Shown here: positions 22,620 through 32,889 of the stretch, in pieces | Layout of the letters: the number at the start of each line of letters is the position of its first letter | Numbering within the stretch: position 1 is the stretch's first letter | Source of the DNA: Blepharisma stoltei ATCC 30299 | Taxonomy: Eukaryota > Protista > Ciliophora | Length of the DNA stretch: 64,000 nucleotides | Assembly (NCBI GenBank): GCA_965603825.1 | Contig: CBFDEM010000016.1 | Location: 186,001-250,000 of the forward strand | Direction: 5' to 3' | Notes under the pieces: model-generated | What the model saw: the letters and a program-made list of their open reading frames with translations, nothing else | What the model was told of the DNA's origin: nothing | Databases searched by the model: none | Made by a program: the position numbers and the translations under genes

Positions 22620-24476
22620 ATGAGAGGGTTTAAAAAATTTTTTGCTAAAAAGGATAAAGACCCTAAAGAAGCCGATCCAGAAGGAAATCAAGCTGCTCAA
22701 GTTCAAGATGGATACGTTGTTATGGAGAGCTCAAATCTCTATAATTTATCTACTTCAGACCTCTGCGAAATAATTTATAAATTTGATAATGAAGTCAAGC
22801 TTCTAAATTCTCAAAACACAGTGCTGACCGAACAGCTCTCAACGTCGAAAAAAGACCTCACAAATGTTCAAGACCAAACAAAGTGCTATAAGGAACACAT
22901 AGAAGCCTTAGAGCTCGAGCTAACAAAAGTTAAAGCTGACTTGGCCAATACACAAAATTTGTTTGAGCAAAAAGGAACAGAAATTCAATTACTTAAGGAG
23001 CATCTAAATTCTAAGGATGAGCTGGTTAGCAATTATAAAAAACAAAATGAAGATTTGCAAGATCAAATTTCAGCATTGAGATCAGAAATTGCTATGAGAC
23101 CTGAGAGCAGTGGAAACTGTTGTGTGGATAAAGAAGTAGAAATCAAAAATCTAAAAGCAGAAATAAATAAGCTCAGAGCAAATATATTGGAAAATAATAA
23201 ACTGGGCCAAGAAATTCAAGAATTGAAACTTGCGAATAGAATGCTTGATTCAGAAAACCAAAAAAATATTTTGCAACTTGAAAATCAAGTAAATCAAAAC
23301 AAAAATCTAAACGAAAAAATCTTCAGCTTAGAAAAACTTCATCAGGAAGGTGAAATAGAAAATCACAAAAAAACTATTGAAATTGAATCAATTAAAAGAG
23401 AAAATGCTAGGTTGATGTTCCAAAGAGACTCATCAGAAACTGAAATAAGATCACTTAAGGACAATCTCGAACAAAAAGAAAAAGCACTACAGAAAAAGCA
23501 AGCTAAAATTGAAGAGCTTCAAGAAAAACTTGCTCAAAAATCCCGGGAATATTCAGCCGCTGAATATACATTAGAAACCCAAAAAAAAGAAAGTATTGAT
23601 TTAAACGGAAAATTATTAAAAAAAATAAGCGAAATAGAGAGCTCTTACAAAGAAAGTCTTGAAAATGCTGACATTCAAATTCGAAACTTGAAATCACAAT
23701 TAGAAGGGATAAAGGAAACAAGCACAGGCAACAATGCAAAATTATTCAGTGTTGAAAGTGAAAATAAAGATTTTCAAGAAAAATTGAAAAATTACCAAGA
23801 AGAATGCGCATCTTACCAAGCCAAAGTTCTGGAATTAGAAGTAGAAAATAAAAAAATTTCTGATAAGTTGAACAAATCAAACCAAAAGAGAGACCTCGCC
23901 AGAAAAGAAATAATAAAATTATCACAGAAACTAGACCAAAAATCTGAGGGTAATAGTAGCTCTTTTTCCCACAACCCTGAAGACGCTCTCAATGTTAGTG
24001 TTAAAAGCATTACACCCCCAGAATTTCACATCATAGAGGTATTCAAATCAGAATTAGAAAATCTATACAAACTTCTTATGAAAATGATGATGGAGGGAAA
24101 TCAACTTTCAAAAAAAGGAGAAACGATTTACACAATTAATTCTGCTGACTTTTCTACGTTTGAAAGAAAATTAAATGATATTGTCATGCAGATTCACGAA
24201 ACTATGGATATTTATGAAGCTTCATCACATAATCGCCCATCATCTGAACGATCATGGTCTTCAATGCTAAATGGGGCAATTTCAAGGATCACTAAAGGGG
24301 TTGGAGACCGAGGGCCGTCAAAAATGTTTTCTTGTATGTCGAATCAAGAAGACCCGAATGAGAATCTTGTTTTAAGACCTCAGCCAAACAGAAAGCAGCC
24401 AGTCCGAGGCATGCGCAGAGACCAAGTTAGGAACCATAAAAGTTTTGCTAATGATTATCAATCAGGTGGCTTATAA
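22620..24476 (+). CDS. Long coiled-coil protein (618 aa)
   Basis: Intact ORF with extended E/K/Q/L heptads; no catalytic motifs. Confidence 0.85.
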   Translation: MRGFKKFFAKKDKDPKEADPEGNQAAQVQDGYVVMESSNLYNLSTSDLCEIIYKFDNEVKLLNSQNTVLTEQLSTSKKDLTNVQDQTKCYKEHIEALELELTKVKADLANTQNLFEQKGTEIQLLKEHLNSKDELVSNYKKQNEDLQDQISALRSEIAMRPESSGNCCVDKEVEIKNLKAEINKLRANILENNKLGQEIQELKLANRMLDSENQKNILQLENQVNQNKNLNEKIFSLEKLHQEGEIENHKKTIEIESIKRENARLMFQRDSSETEIRSLKDNLEQKEKALQKKQAKIEELQEKLAQKSREYSAAEYTLETQKKESIDLNGKLLKKISEIESSYKESLENADIQIRNLKSQLEGIKETSTGNNAKLFSVESENKDFQEKLKNYQEECASYQAKVLELEVENKKISDKLNKSNQKRDLARKEIIKLSQKLDQKSEGNSSSFSHNPEDALNVSVKSITPPEFHIIEVFKSELENLYKLLMKMMMEGNQLSKKGETIYTINSADFSTFERKLNDIVMQIHETMDIYEASSHNRPSSERSWSSMLNGAISRITKGVGDRGPSKMFSCMSNQEDPNENLVLRPQPNRKQPVRGMRRDQVRNHKSFANDYQSGGL

Positions 24477-24867
24477 TTGTAATTTGCATAAATTTATTAT
24501 TTAACTTTCTTGATCTTCAACTCACGCAAGCCATTTTGTTTAGAGGATTCAGGTTTTAATACTCAGGGATGTCTTCAGCATGAACAGCTTTTATCTCCTC
24601 GGTTCCAACGCGAGCAATATTTTTGTATTGCTCACGAGGAGAAGTATTGATAAACCTATTCTCGATTCAAATTTAGGATATCTGATGGAAAATTGATTAT
24701 AATAAATCTTTGTCTTCTCTTTATTCTTTATTCAGAGAGTATAAATTCTTTAAGCAGCTTCATTTCTGAGAATTTTAAATCAGCTATACCTTCTTTATCT
24801 TTAGGCTGAATGATTGATGAGTTTATCAACCATTTAATATTTATTACGAAAATATAATTAAATCAAT

Positions 24868-26292
24868 ATGCTTTCAAAATTGAGAATATGTAGGAAGTTC
24901 GCATCCTTTGATTATGATTTAGCAGTCATTGGTTCAGGCCCAGGAGGATACGTAGCAGCAATCAAAGCAGCTCAGCTTGGTTTGAACACAGCATGCATTG
25001 AGAAAAGAGCAACGCTTGGAGGCACTTGTCTTAATGTAGGATGCATCCCTGCAAAATCACTGGCTAACTCCACACACAAATACGCTGAGGCCTGCAAAGA
25101 TTTTCAAAAGCACGGCATCATCGTAGAGAACCCAAGGTTTGATCTGTCTCAAATGATGAAAGCAAAGCAAAAGGCTGTAGATGGCCTTACAAAAGGAATT
25201 GGATCCTTATTTAAGAAAAATAAAGTCACTCATGTCCCTGGAACAGCTACATTTAAAGGAGCTAATGAAATTGAGGTAGATGGCAAAAAACTCACAGCTA
25301 AGAATTTCATAATTGCGACCGGATCAGAGCCAGCAAATCTGCCAGGAGGAATTTTACCAATTGACGAAAATAGAGTTTTGAGCTCAACAGGAGCAATGCA
25401 GCTTGCAGAGGTCCCTAAAAAACTTTTAGTTATTGGAGGAGGTGTCATTGGCCTTGAACTCGGAAGTGTTTGGAGTAGGCTTGGCTCTGAAGTTATTTTT
25501 GTGGAATTTTTCAATAGAATTGCAGCAGGAAACGATTTAGAAGTAGCCCAGGCTTTACAAAAAATTTTAGAAAAGCAAGGCATGAAATTTTATTTGAGCA
25601 CAAAAGTTGTAGGAGGAGAAAGTACCAGCAATGGAGTAAAATTAAACCTGGAAGGCACAAATTCACCAACTACTCTCGAAGGAGACTATGCATTGGTCTC
25701 TGTAGGAAGACGTCCAAATACAATTGGACTTAATCTAGAAGGATTGGGCATTACAAAAGATAAACAAGGCAGAATTGAAGTAAATGACCAATTGCAGACT
25801 GCAGTAAAAAACATCTATGCTATTGGAGACGTCATTAAAGGTCCTATGCTGGCTCATAAAGCTGAAGAAGAAGGGATTTTTGTAGCAGAAAACCTAGGAG
25901 GAGGTAAAGGACATATTAATTATGAAGCAATTCCTGGGGTCATTTATACACACCCAGAAGTAGCCATGGTAGGAAAAACTGAAGAAAATTTGAAAGAAAT
26001 GAATGTTGAGTACAATAAAGGAACTTTTCCATTTATGGCGAATTCCAGAGCAAGAGCTAATAATGAAACAGAAGGGTTTGTCAAAGTTTTGGCAGATAAA
26101 AAAACTGATAGGATATTAGGAATCCATATTATTGGGCCAACTGCTGGAGAATTGATTATGGAAGGAGTGATTGGAATGGAATACAAAGCGGCATCCGAAG
26201 ATCTTGCAAGAACAACACATGCTCATCCAGGATTTTGTGAGGCTATAAAAGAAGCATGCTTAGCTGCCTTTTCTAAGCCAATCCATTTTTAA
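24868..26292 (+). CDS. DLD: Mitochondrial dihydrolipoamide dehydrogenase (E3), 474 aa
   Basis: Presequence MLSKLR, GSGPGG, GGTCLNVGCIP redox disulfide, GGGVIGLE, MLAHKAEEEG, HAHP..E. Confidence 0.98.
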   Translation: MLSKLRICRKFASFDYDLAVIGSGPGGYVAAIKAAQLGLNTACIEKRATLGGTCLNVGCIPAKSLANSTHKYAEACKDFQKHGIIVENPRFDLSQMMKAKQKAVDGLTKGIGSLFKKNKVTHVPGTATFKGANEIEVDGKKLTAKNFIIATGSEPANLPGGILPIDENRVLSSTGAMQLAEVPKKLLVIGGGVIGLELGSVWSRLGSEVIFVEFFNRIAAGNDLEVAQALQKILEKQGMKFYLSTKVVGGESTSNGVKLNLEGTNSPTTLEGDYALVSVGRRPNTIGLNLEGLGITKDKQGRIEVNDQLQTAVKNIYAIGDVIKGPMLAHKAEEEGIFVAENLGGGKGHINYEAIPGVIYTHPEVAMVGKTEENLKEMNVEYNKGTFPFMANSRARANNETEGFVKVLADKKTDRILGIHIIGPTAGELIMEGVIGMEYKAASEDLARTTHAHPGFCEAIKEACLAAFSKPIHF

Positions 26293-26677
26293 CTTTAATT
26301 AATCTTATTGGAGATATCAATCCAAATTATTTTAATATAATTGCCCAAGCCCTAATAAAATTCTATCAGTTTTCAATTAGAAGAAATATTTATGTAAGCA
26401 AATACAATAAATCAATACCAAAATTAAAAATATTTTATCAGCAAACCAAGCAAGGATTCGCATATACAAGACAAACTTAAATAATGCAACACACTTAAAA
26501 GACAAAATTATATGCAGTCTTGAATTATTTATGAGCATTACCATAATGCTGTTTTAAATAATCTTCGCTGTATGGACACTATAGACATAAGACAATTTTC
26601 CGGAGCATTTTCAGACAGTTTGGTGTCAAAATGACCCAAAAATTGTTAAGAAAAATAAATTGAATTTTTACATACAT

Positions 26678-28027
26678 TTAAGGACATCTTCCAGCTTCAA
26701 ATGGAACATAGTTCATAACTTTCTGTAAAAATAGATCTTTGTGTCTTTCCACATGTGGTACCAGCTCTGGCATAGCAGGCATGACTTTGTTTGACTTCTC
26801 AACAGTTGGCTCTTCTAGGTATGAGTCGTTTTTGTCTTTGTTGAGATCTAAAATAATACAAGAAATGTCGTCAACTGTTACTTTTTTGGTTGAGGCTATT
26901 TTAAGTCACCTTAATCTTGCCTCTTCACAAAGGAGATGGGCAATGCATGCATTGCTAGGGTTTGGCTCAACATCTAAGGAGTGATCCAGTTCTTTTTGGC
27001 ACTTATCTCTATAAGCAGCAACGAAATTAACAACATCGTCGTTTGACATAACATTTCAAAGGCCATCAGTAGCAATGATGACGAACTCATCGTACTCGAA
27101 TTCAAGGTCATGGGTGCTGATTTCAGGGTCACAAATAACCCCCACCTGCCTTGCTACTTTGTCTCCAATGGTTCGCGAAGTGGCGAGGCCTGGAACACTT
27201 TCAGTTAGTTTATAGACCCTATAAGGCCCATGTTTGAAGCCTTTATCGCACTTTTTCTTAATACAGCCTCCACTCTCAAGGATCCTCATCATTTCTGTAT
27301 CTGAATCAGGCTTATGGTCAGAAGTCAGCTGAAATGGCTTAATTGGGTATGCGTCTGGAATTGATCTGTCTTTTCGGCAGTCTTCTAAGGTTGATTCCCA
27401 ATCTTCATTAGACCCTCCAGACATAGTTGGTCTAATAGGTCCTATAGCCCCAGATGCCAAAAGTGCTCTGGAGTCACCTACATTTGCAAAGTAAATTTGG
27501 CTTCCTTGAATTAAAACTGCAACTTGGGTTGTCCCTGAAGTACTGATCGGAATCCCACTTTGGCAGAGAGCTTGATCACAATGCTGAGTTGCTATAGTTA
27601 GTGACTGTTTTGGAGAGTGTAAGAAGTCTTGCTTGTGCTCTTGGTAGTAAAATTCAAGTTCTTGGCTGCAAAAGGCGCTTACTTTATGACCTTCATTACC
27701 ATGGCCATCATAGATAACCATGAGAATGTTGTTGCCGTCCTCAGATATTAGCAACTGGTCTTGGCATATTTTTGGGGCAAGGGTCTCTGATTTAAGGCCT
27801 GGGAGGATGCAGGCTGAGATGAAATACTTCCTATTCCTATGTCTGACTTCCCTAGCGAGGACCAGACTAGGGTTTGTGAGTTCAACGTGTTGTTGAATTA
27901 AATCTTCAACTTCTCCTCGTTTATTTCACTTTGGCACCTCGATAACTGTACTCCTAGGGTAGCTTAACTCAAAAGTCTTGGTAGTTTTTGAACTGTCTTT
28001 CTTGATGCAGCTGAGGCATGATCCCAT
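26678..28027 (-). CDS. PP2C/PPM protein phosphatase with MGSCLSC acylation-type N-terminus (449 aa)
   Basis: CQD, YDGHG, SGTT, NVGDSR, DHKP, LATSRTIGD, ATDGL-W (TGA 27056), DDIS. Further TGA=Trp at 27926 and 26906; stop TAA at 26678. Confidence 0.93.
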
Positions 28028-28615
28028 TTTATAGTTTATAGTTACCATCAAAAATGTCAAATAAATTCAACGCCTTGCCAGTATTCATAATTACAAATAT
28101 TAAGACTTAGACCGAATTAGTGCCTAAATTTTAAGATATAGATGTGGTGATACTTATTGTGTCGAATGCTGTGCAAATTAATAATTATAAATTATCCTAT
28201 CAATTTTTTATTAATTATATCTCTGGCGTTAGGCCATTTCTTAAGCTTGAAATTAAGAATTACGCCTTAATTATCCATAAAACGGTTAATTAGTCCAGAG
28301 GAAGCATGTATCAGGCTCTCAGAGGACTGCTAAATAAAACCCCTTCTCTTAATCGTTCAAACCAAAATTTTTTTGAAAAAAATTTTCTTCCAAAAAAAGA
28401 AATAGCGTCTAGATCTAGACGTATTTAATAAACAAAGATTTTTATAATCAATTTATATGATCAAACCTTAACTGATTATGCCTAAAACCTATCCATAAAA
28501 CCAGAAAAATGTCTATTATAATTAGGTATAAAGACATATAACATTTTTGAGTATTTCATTGAAATAGCATCTAGAATGATTATTAAGCTAAATCACGATC
28601 AATTGTAAAGAATAA

Positions 28616-30754
28616 ATGGCAAACATAGACTGCTGGGTCTGTGCCCGAGAACTTGATTTTCATGCAGTTGGAAGCTGCGGCCACAACGATATGTGCCTTT
28701 ACTGCTCTTGCAGACTTAGGATCCTCATGAAAGATATAAAATGCCCAATTTGCAAGACTGAGTCACCAAAAGTTTTAATTACCAAAAATCCTAATGCAAG
28801 ATTTGAAGACTATCCTGGTCTCGAGTCAAACGAAAACGAGTACGGGATAATCTGTGAAGACGAAGCAGCCCAAAACGCATTTAGTCGCATAACTAGCTAC
28901 AATTGTTGGCTGCCAAACTGTAGGGAAAGCAAGCATAGAACTCAAGCTCAGCTTAAAAAGCATATAGAGTACGTCCATAAGCTCAGATTTTGCAAGGTTT
29001 GCTTGAACTCTAGGCTAATATTTATTTGAGAACAAAAACTGTACCCTCCAAGTGATATAGCCCGTCACATTGAATTTGGGGAAATCGATGAGATCCCTCC
29101 ACATAGAACTTGCTTGTTTGACAACAAGTTATTTTATGACGAAAGCGAGCTTAAGCTTCACTTAGATAGAGAGCACTATTTTTGTAATATCTGTGAAGGG
29201 GAAAATTATATTTTTTATGCAAACCATGACAAATTGAAAAAGCATTTCCAGAAGGCTCATTATGTATGCCATGACCCGATTTGTACCGATAGTAGGTTTT
29301 CTGTGTTTCGGACACCTTATGATTTACAAATGCACACTGTGAGTGTCCATATGAGCAATCAAAAACTAACAAAAGCTCAAAAAACGCAGCTAGCGGCTAT
29401 TCAGGTGGGCACTGATGAAATGCCTAGCAGACCTAATAATGAAGGAGTGGACTTCAGAGCTCAATTTAAGCCTAAAAAGAATGAAGAGGAAGAAGTCAAA
29501 GATCAACCCAAGCCAAAACCGAAAAATACAAAAAAATACGTCGTCAACAAAAGACCTGAAAAAATCGTAGACTATAAGACACTACCAAAAAGGCCTGATA
29601 AAGAAGTGATAAATATGATTAAAGAGGCATTAGATAACGATGAAAACAAGTACACGGAATTCAAAACCATAACTGTTGACTACAATAAAGGCTACATCAC
29701 AGCTGCTGTAATGCTTTCTAGATTTATCGATTTATTAGGAAACGTTCAAGGAGAAGCTTTATTTCCAATACTTATAACAACCGTCAGGCAAAATGAAAAG
29801 CAAGAAGAGCTTTTTGCTGAGTATATTCATTATATGGAATCAAGACAAAACGTCACATCTGATGGCAGATGTCACAACTCCCTCGCGGATTGCTCCAATG
29901 AAGCTTCAATTTTGAAAACTCTGCTTGAGATTGTTTCAAAAGAGCTAGAAAGAAGGAAAAATGAGCCAAAAGAAAAACCATTGTTTATCCATACTGCCCA
30001 TCTATTCCAAATGGCTGCGGTTGTTGATCGCTTAAAAGACCAGGATATGGTCAGGCTTATGTTTATAATGAACTTTGGAGTAACAGACAAAACAAAAGGC
30101 GCAATATTAAATATGATTGACAAAGCAAATGACAGAGCTTTTAATGAAAAACTTACAGTTAAATATGAAGACTATTTTGTAAGTGATTTAGAGCCACAGC
30201 AGCTATATATTTTGCATAAGTACTTTGAAATGTGTATAGCAAAACTTAAAGGGCTGCCTTTTAAAGACGACCAAAAGCTATTATCGAATTGGGAAGAAGA
30301 AAAAGCTCAAGAAGAAGTAAAGAAAGAAGAGACTAAAAATGAAGAAGAGGAAAAAGACGAGAGAGTAGGATGGGGCAATGTCTTGATGAAGAAAAAAGCT
30401 AAAGCACCAAGAGTAAATGAACCAAATTTCCCATCTTTAAGCGGAAATAGCCAATCAGGGCCTAATGATAATTGGTCAAGAGCTAAAAACTCACCTTTTC
30501 CGCAAAGGGCCAATAATGAATTTCCAAGTCTTGGGCAAAACCAAAACTTCCCAAGCTTGGGAGCACCACCAGCAGATGATTTTCCAAGCTTGAGCCCTGG
30601 AATGAAAGATCCTCTAGAGCCAACCCCAGTTCCAGAAGAGAAGCCTGTAATTCCAAGTATTCCTGAGCCTGTTAAGCAAGATGAACCTTTAGACTTTTTA
30701 AGATCAAAAGGGATTATTGTGAAGCAAGGAAAAAACAAAAGGAAAAGAAAGTAG
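28616..30754 (+). CDS. ZNF598: ZNF598/Hel2-like RING E3 ligase (ribosome quality control), 712 aa
   Basis: N-terminal RING CWVC..CGH..CLYC..CPICK followed by C2H2 fingers. TGA=Trp at 29027. C-terminal FPSL repeats. Confidence 0.85.
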
Positions 30755-30928
30755 TAAATTTTATTCTAACCTTTAGAATAGAATGAATAGTAAATAATTT
30801 GCACAAGCACTTTAAATAAAGTAGTTATATATAAAAATTATATATTAATTTTCATTAATTATTATTGCATAGTAGCTATCAAAATAATTATAATAAATTA
30901 ATTAGCTAAACTTTTATTGTAAGCTTAT

Positions 30929-31807
30929 TTAATTTTCGTTAGCTTGTTGATCGACTAAAGTGTCCATAGATTCTTTTTTGACTAAAGTGTCCATAGCTTC
31001 TTTTTTAATACTTTGAGAATTTGAATTCAAATTTATTTCCAAAAATGTATGAGCCGTGGATGTAGCTATGTTTTGTTTATATTTTTCTAAAAATTTGTGA
31101 TCTATATCTTCTTCAGCTGTAGATATAAAAGGGCTTTTAACATTATTTGCTATGCCTACAGAAATAAATTCAATATCCCTCATGACATCATTGTTTCCAA
31201 ACTCATTTACAGTTTTAAAAGCTTTATTTCCTGCTTCTCTAATTTGATTAAATTTTCTGACAAACCAACTTCTAATCCCAGTTTCTGGCGGAGGACTGAA
31301 AAACATCTCACGTGGGGTTTCCTTTGGAACTGATGCTAAAGCTTGAGCTTCTGGTGCTTGCTGAGCAGGAGGGGGAGGAGAATTAATATGTTCTTCTTGA
31401 TCTGGACGATTTCCATCTTCAAAGGATAAAAAACTTCCTTCAAAATTTCCTTCTCTTGCTATTTCTGCTAGCATGTTTCTATAAAATGCAGCTGCCCGCG
31501 TTTTGTATTTCAAAAGCATCGGAGTTTCTATGGTGATTCTATAGTACTTAAAATAGTCGCGTAAAGCTGCATTTCCTCCAGCAATCATAACTTTAATCTC
31601 GTCTACATCCCAGACTTCATCAGCTAGCACTTTAATTATACTGTCTACATTAATTTCTCGATGTAAAGCCACACATTTATAGCATATAAACGTTCCATAG
31701 TCAATATCTCCAAAGCCTGCACTTTGAATGTTGCAATCAGCGCAAAATCTATTAAACTTATCGTTCTTTAAAATTTCAAACACTTTTGATGCTAATCCTG
31801 GCTCCAT
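30929..31807 (-). CDS. ArfGAP-domain protein (292 aa)
   Basis: NRFCADC-x16-CYKC..HR, GGN, KYKTRAAAFYR. Confidence 0.9.
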   Translation of the reverse strand: MEPGLASKVFEILKNDKFNRFCADCNIQSAGFGDIDYGTFICYKCVALHREINVDSIIKVLADEVWDVDEIKVMIAGGNAALRDYFKYYRITIETPMLLKYKTRAAAFYRNMLAEIAREGNFEGSFLSFEDGNRPDQEEHINSPPPPAQQAPEAQALASVPKETPREMFFSPPPETGIRSWFVRKFNQIREAGNKAFKTVNEFGNNDVMRDIEFISVGIANNVKSPFISTAEEDIDHKFLEKYKQNIATSTAHTFLEINLNSNSQSIKKEAMDTLVKKESMDTLVDQQANEN

Positions 31808-31862
31808 ATCAATAAATTTTTATTAAATTAAGTATTATGGCTAAACAAGCTAAATTATAAAA

Positions 31863-32078
31863 ATGATTATTCCTGTAAGATGCTTTACCTGCGGCAAGGT
31901 TGTAGGGAACAAATGGGAGCGCTACTTGAACTTGTTGGAGCAAGACATCACTGAAGGCGAAGCTCTAGACAAACTTAACCTGAAAAGGTTCTGCTGCCGA
32001 AGAATGCTGCTAACACATGTGGACCTGATCGAAAAGCTTTTGAACTACAATATTCTTGATAGAACTGTCTCTGCTTAA
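31863..32078 (+). CDS. RPB10: RNA polymerase I/II/III shared subunit RPB10
   Basis: [39 protein letters not shown]. Confidence 0.99.
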   Translation: MIIPVRCFTCGKVVGNKWERYLNLLEQDITEGEALDKLNLKRFCCRRMLLTHVDLIEKLLNYNILDRTVSA

Positions 32079-32207
32079 CCCTTTAAATTCATTCACCCTA
32101 ACTCTTACTTCTTAAGACTTTCACCTCTTTATATGATCCTCCGCGCTGGCGTATAAGTTTTTTGTGTTTATGTTTTCACCATTTAAGTAATAGATAGCAT
32201 CCATAGA

Positions 32208-32690
32208 ATGGTAAGGATTACATAGTCATCTCTGGTGGTAACTCAAGAAAGCGAATTCAATTTCATCTTACGTATTCTCAATACCAACATTGACGGTCGC
32301 CGCAAGGTTATGTACGCTTTGACTGCAATTAAAGGAATTGGGAGACGCTTTTCGAACCTCATTCTCAAAAGAGCTGGAGTTGACCTTACCAAACGAGCTG
32401 GACAACTGACTGAGGAAGAAATCGAGAAAATCGTCACCATCATCAATAAGCCAACTGAATATAACATTCCAACTTGGTTTTTGAACAGAAGAAGGGATAT
32501 TGTTGTGGGGACTGATTCACAGATAGTTGCTAACTTTTTGGATGCAAAAATGAGAGAGGATTTGGAAAGGATGAAGAAAATGATGCTTCATAGAGGGCTG
32601 AGACATTGGTGGGGAGTCAAATGTAGAGGACAGAAGACCAAAACTACAGGCAGAAGAGGTAAGACTGTTGGTGTTGCTAAGAAGAAGTAA
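32208..32690 (+). CDS. RPS18: 40S ribosomal protein S18 (uS13), 2 exons
   Basis: ATG 32208-32210, then a 15-nt intron, then [46 protein letters not shown]. Confidence 0.98.
32211..32225 (+). other. 15-nt spliceosomal intron immediately after the start codon (GTAAGGATTACATAG)
   Basis: GT..AG, A at position 10, in-frame TAG; supplies the otherwise missing ATG for RPS18. Confidence 0.92.
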
Positions 32691-32889
32691 GCCAATAATA
32701 TTTTATCGTCAACTAGTTCGTGATTATAAGACAAATGGTTTGCAAACAAATAAAATATCAGCATTATTTTTTGCTTAGATTGTTCATAGAAAATGAAAAT
32801 CTGCTAATTCTTTTTCATATACATTCCTGATAATGAAAAAAAGAATTTAATAACCCTGAATAATTAAAAGTTACACCAAACTTTCTGCC

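Noticed and set aside
28221-28374. Telomerase RNA candidate (size, terminal T tract, AAAACCCC and CCTAAC-like bits)
   Set aside because: No template covering more than one CCCTAACA heterotrich repeat on either strand; AAAACCCC is the spirotrich repeat and occurs only once.
30953-30996. 16-bp direct repeat GACTAAAGTGTCCATA in the ArfGAP 3' end
   Set aside because: Two copies of a small in-frame coding duplication (MDTLV); not a CRISPR array or mobile-element signature.
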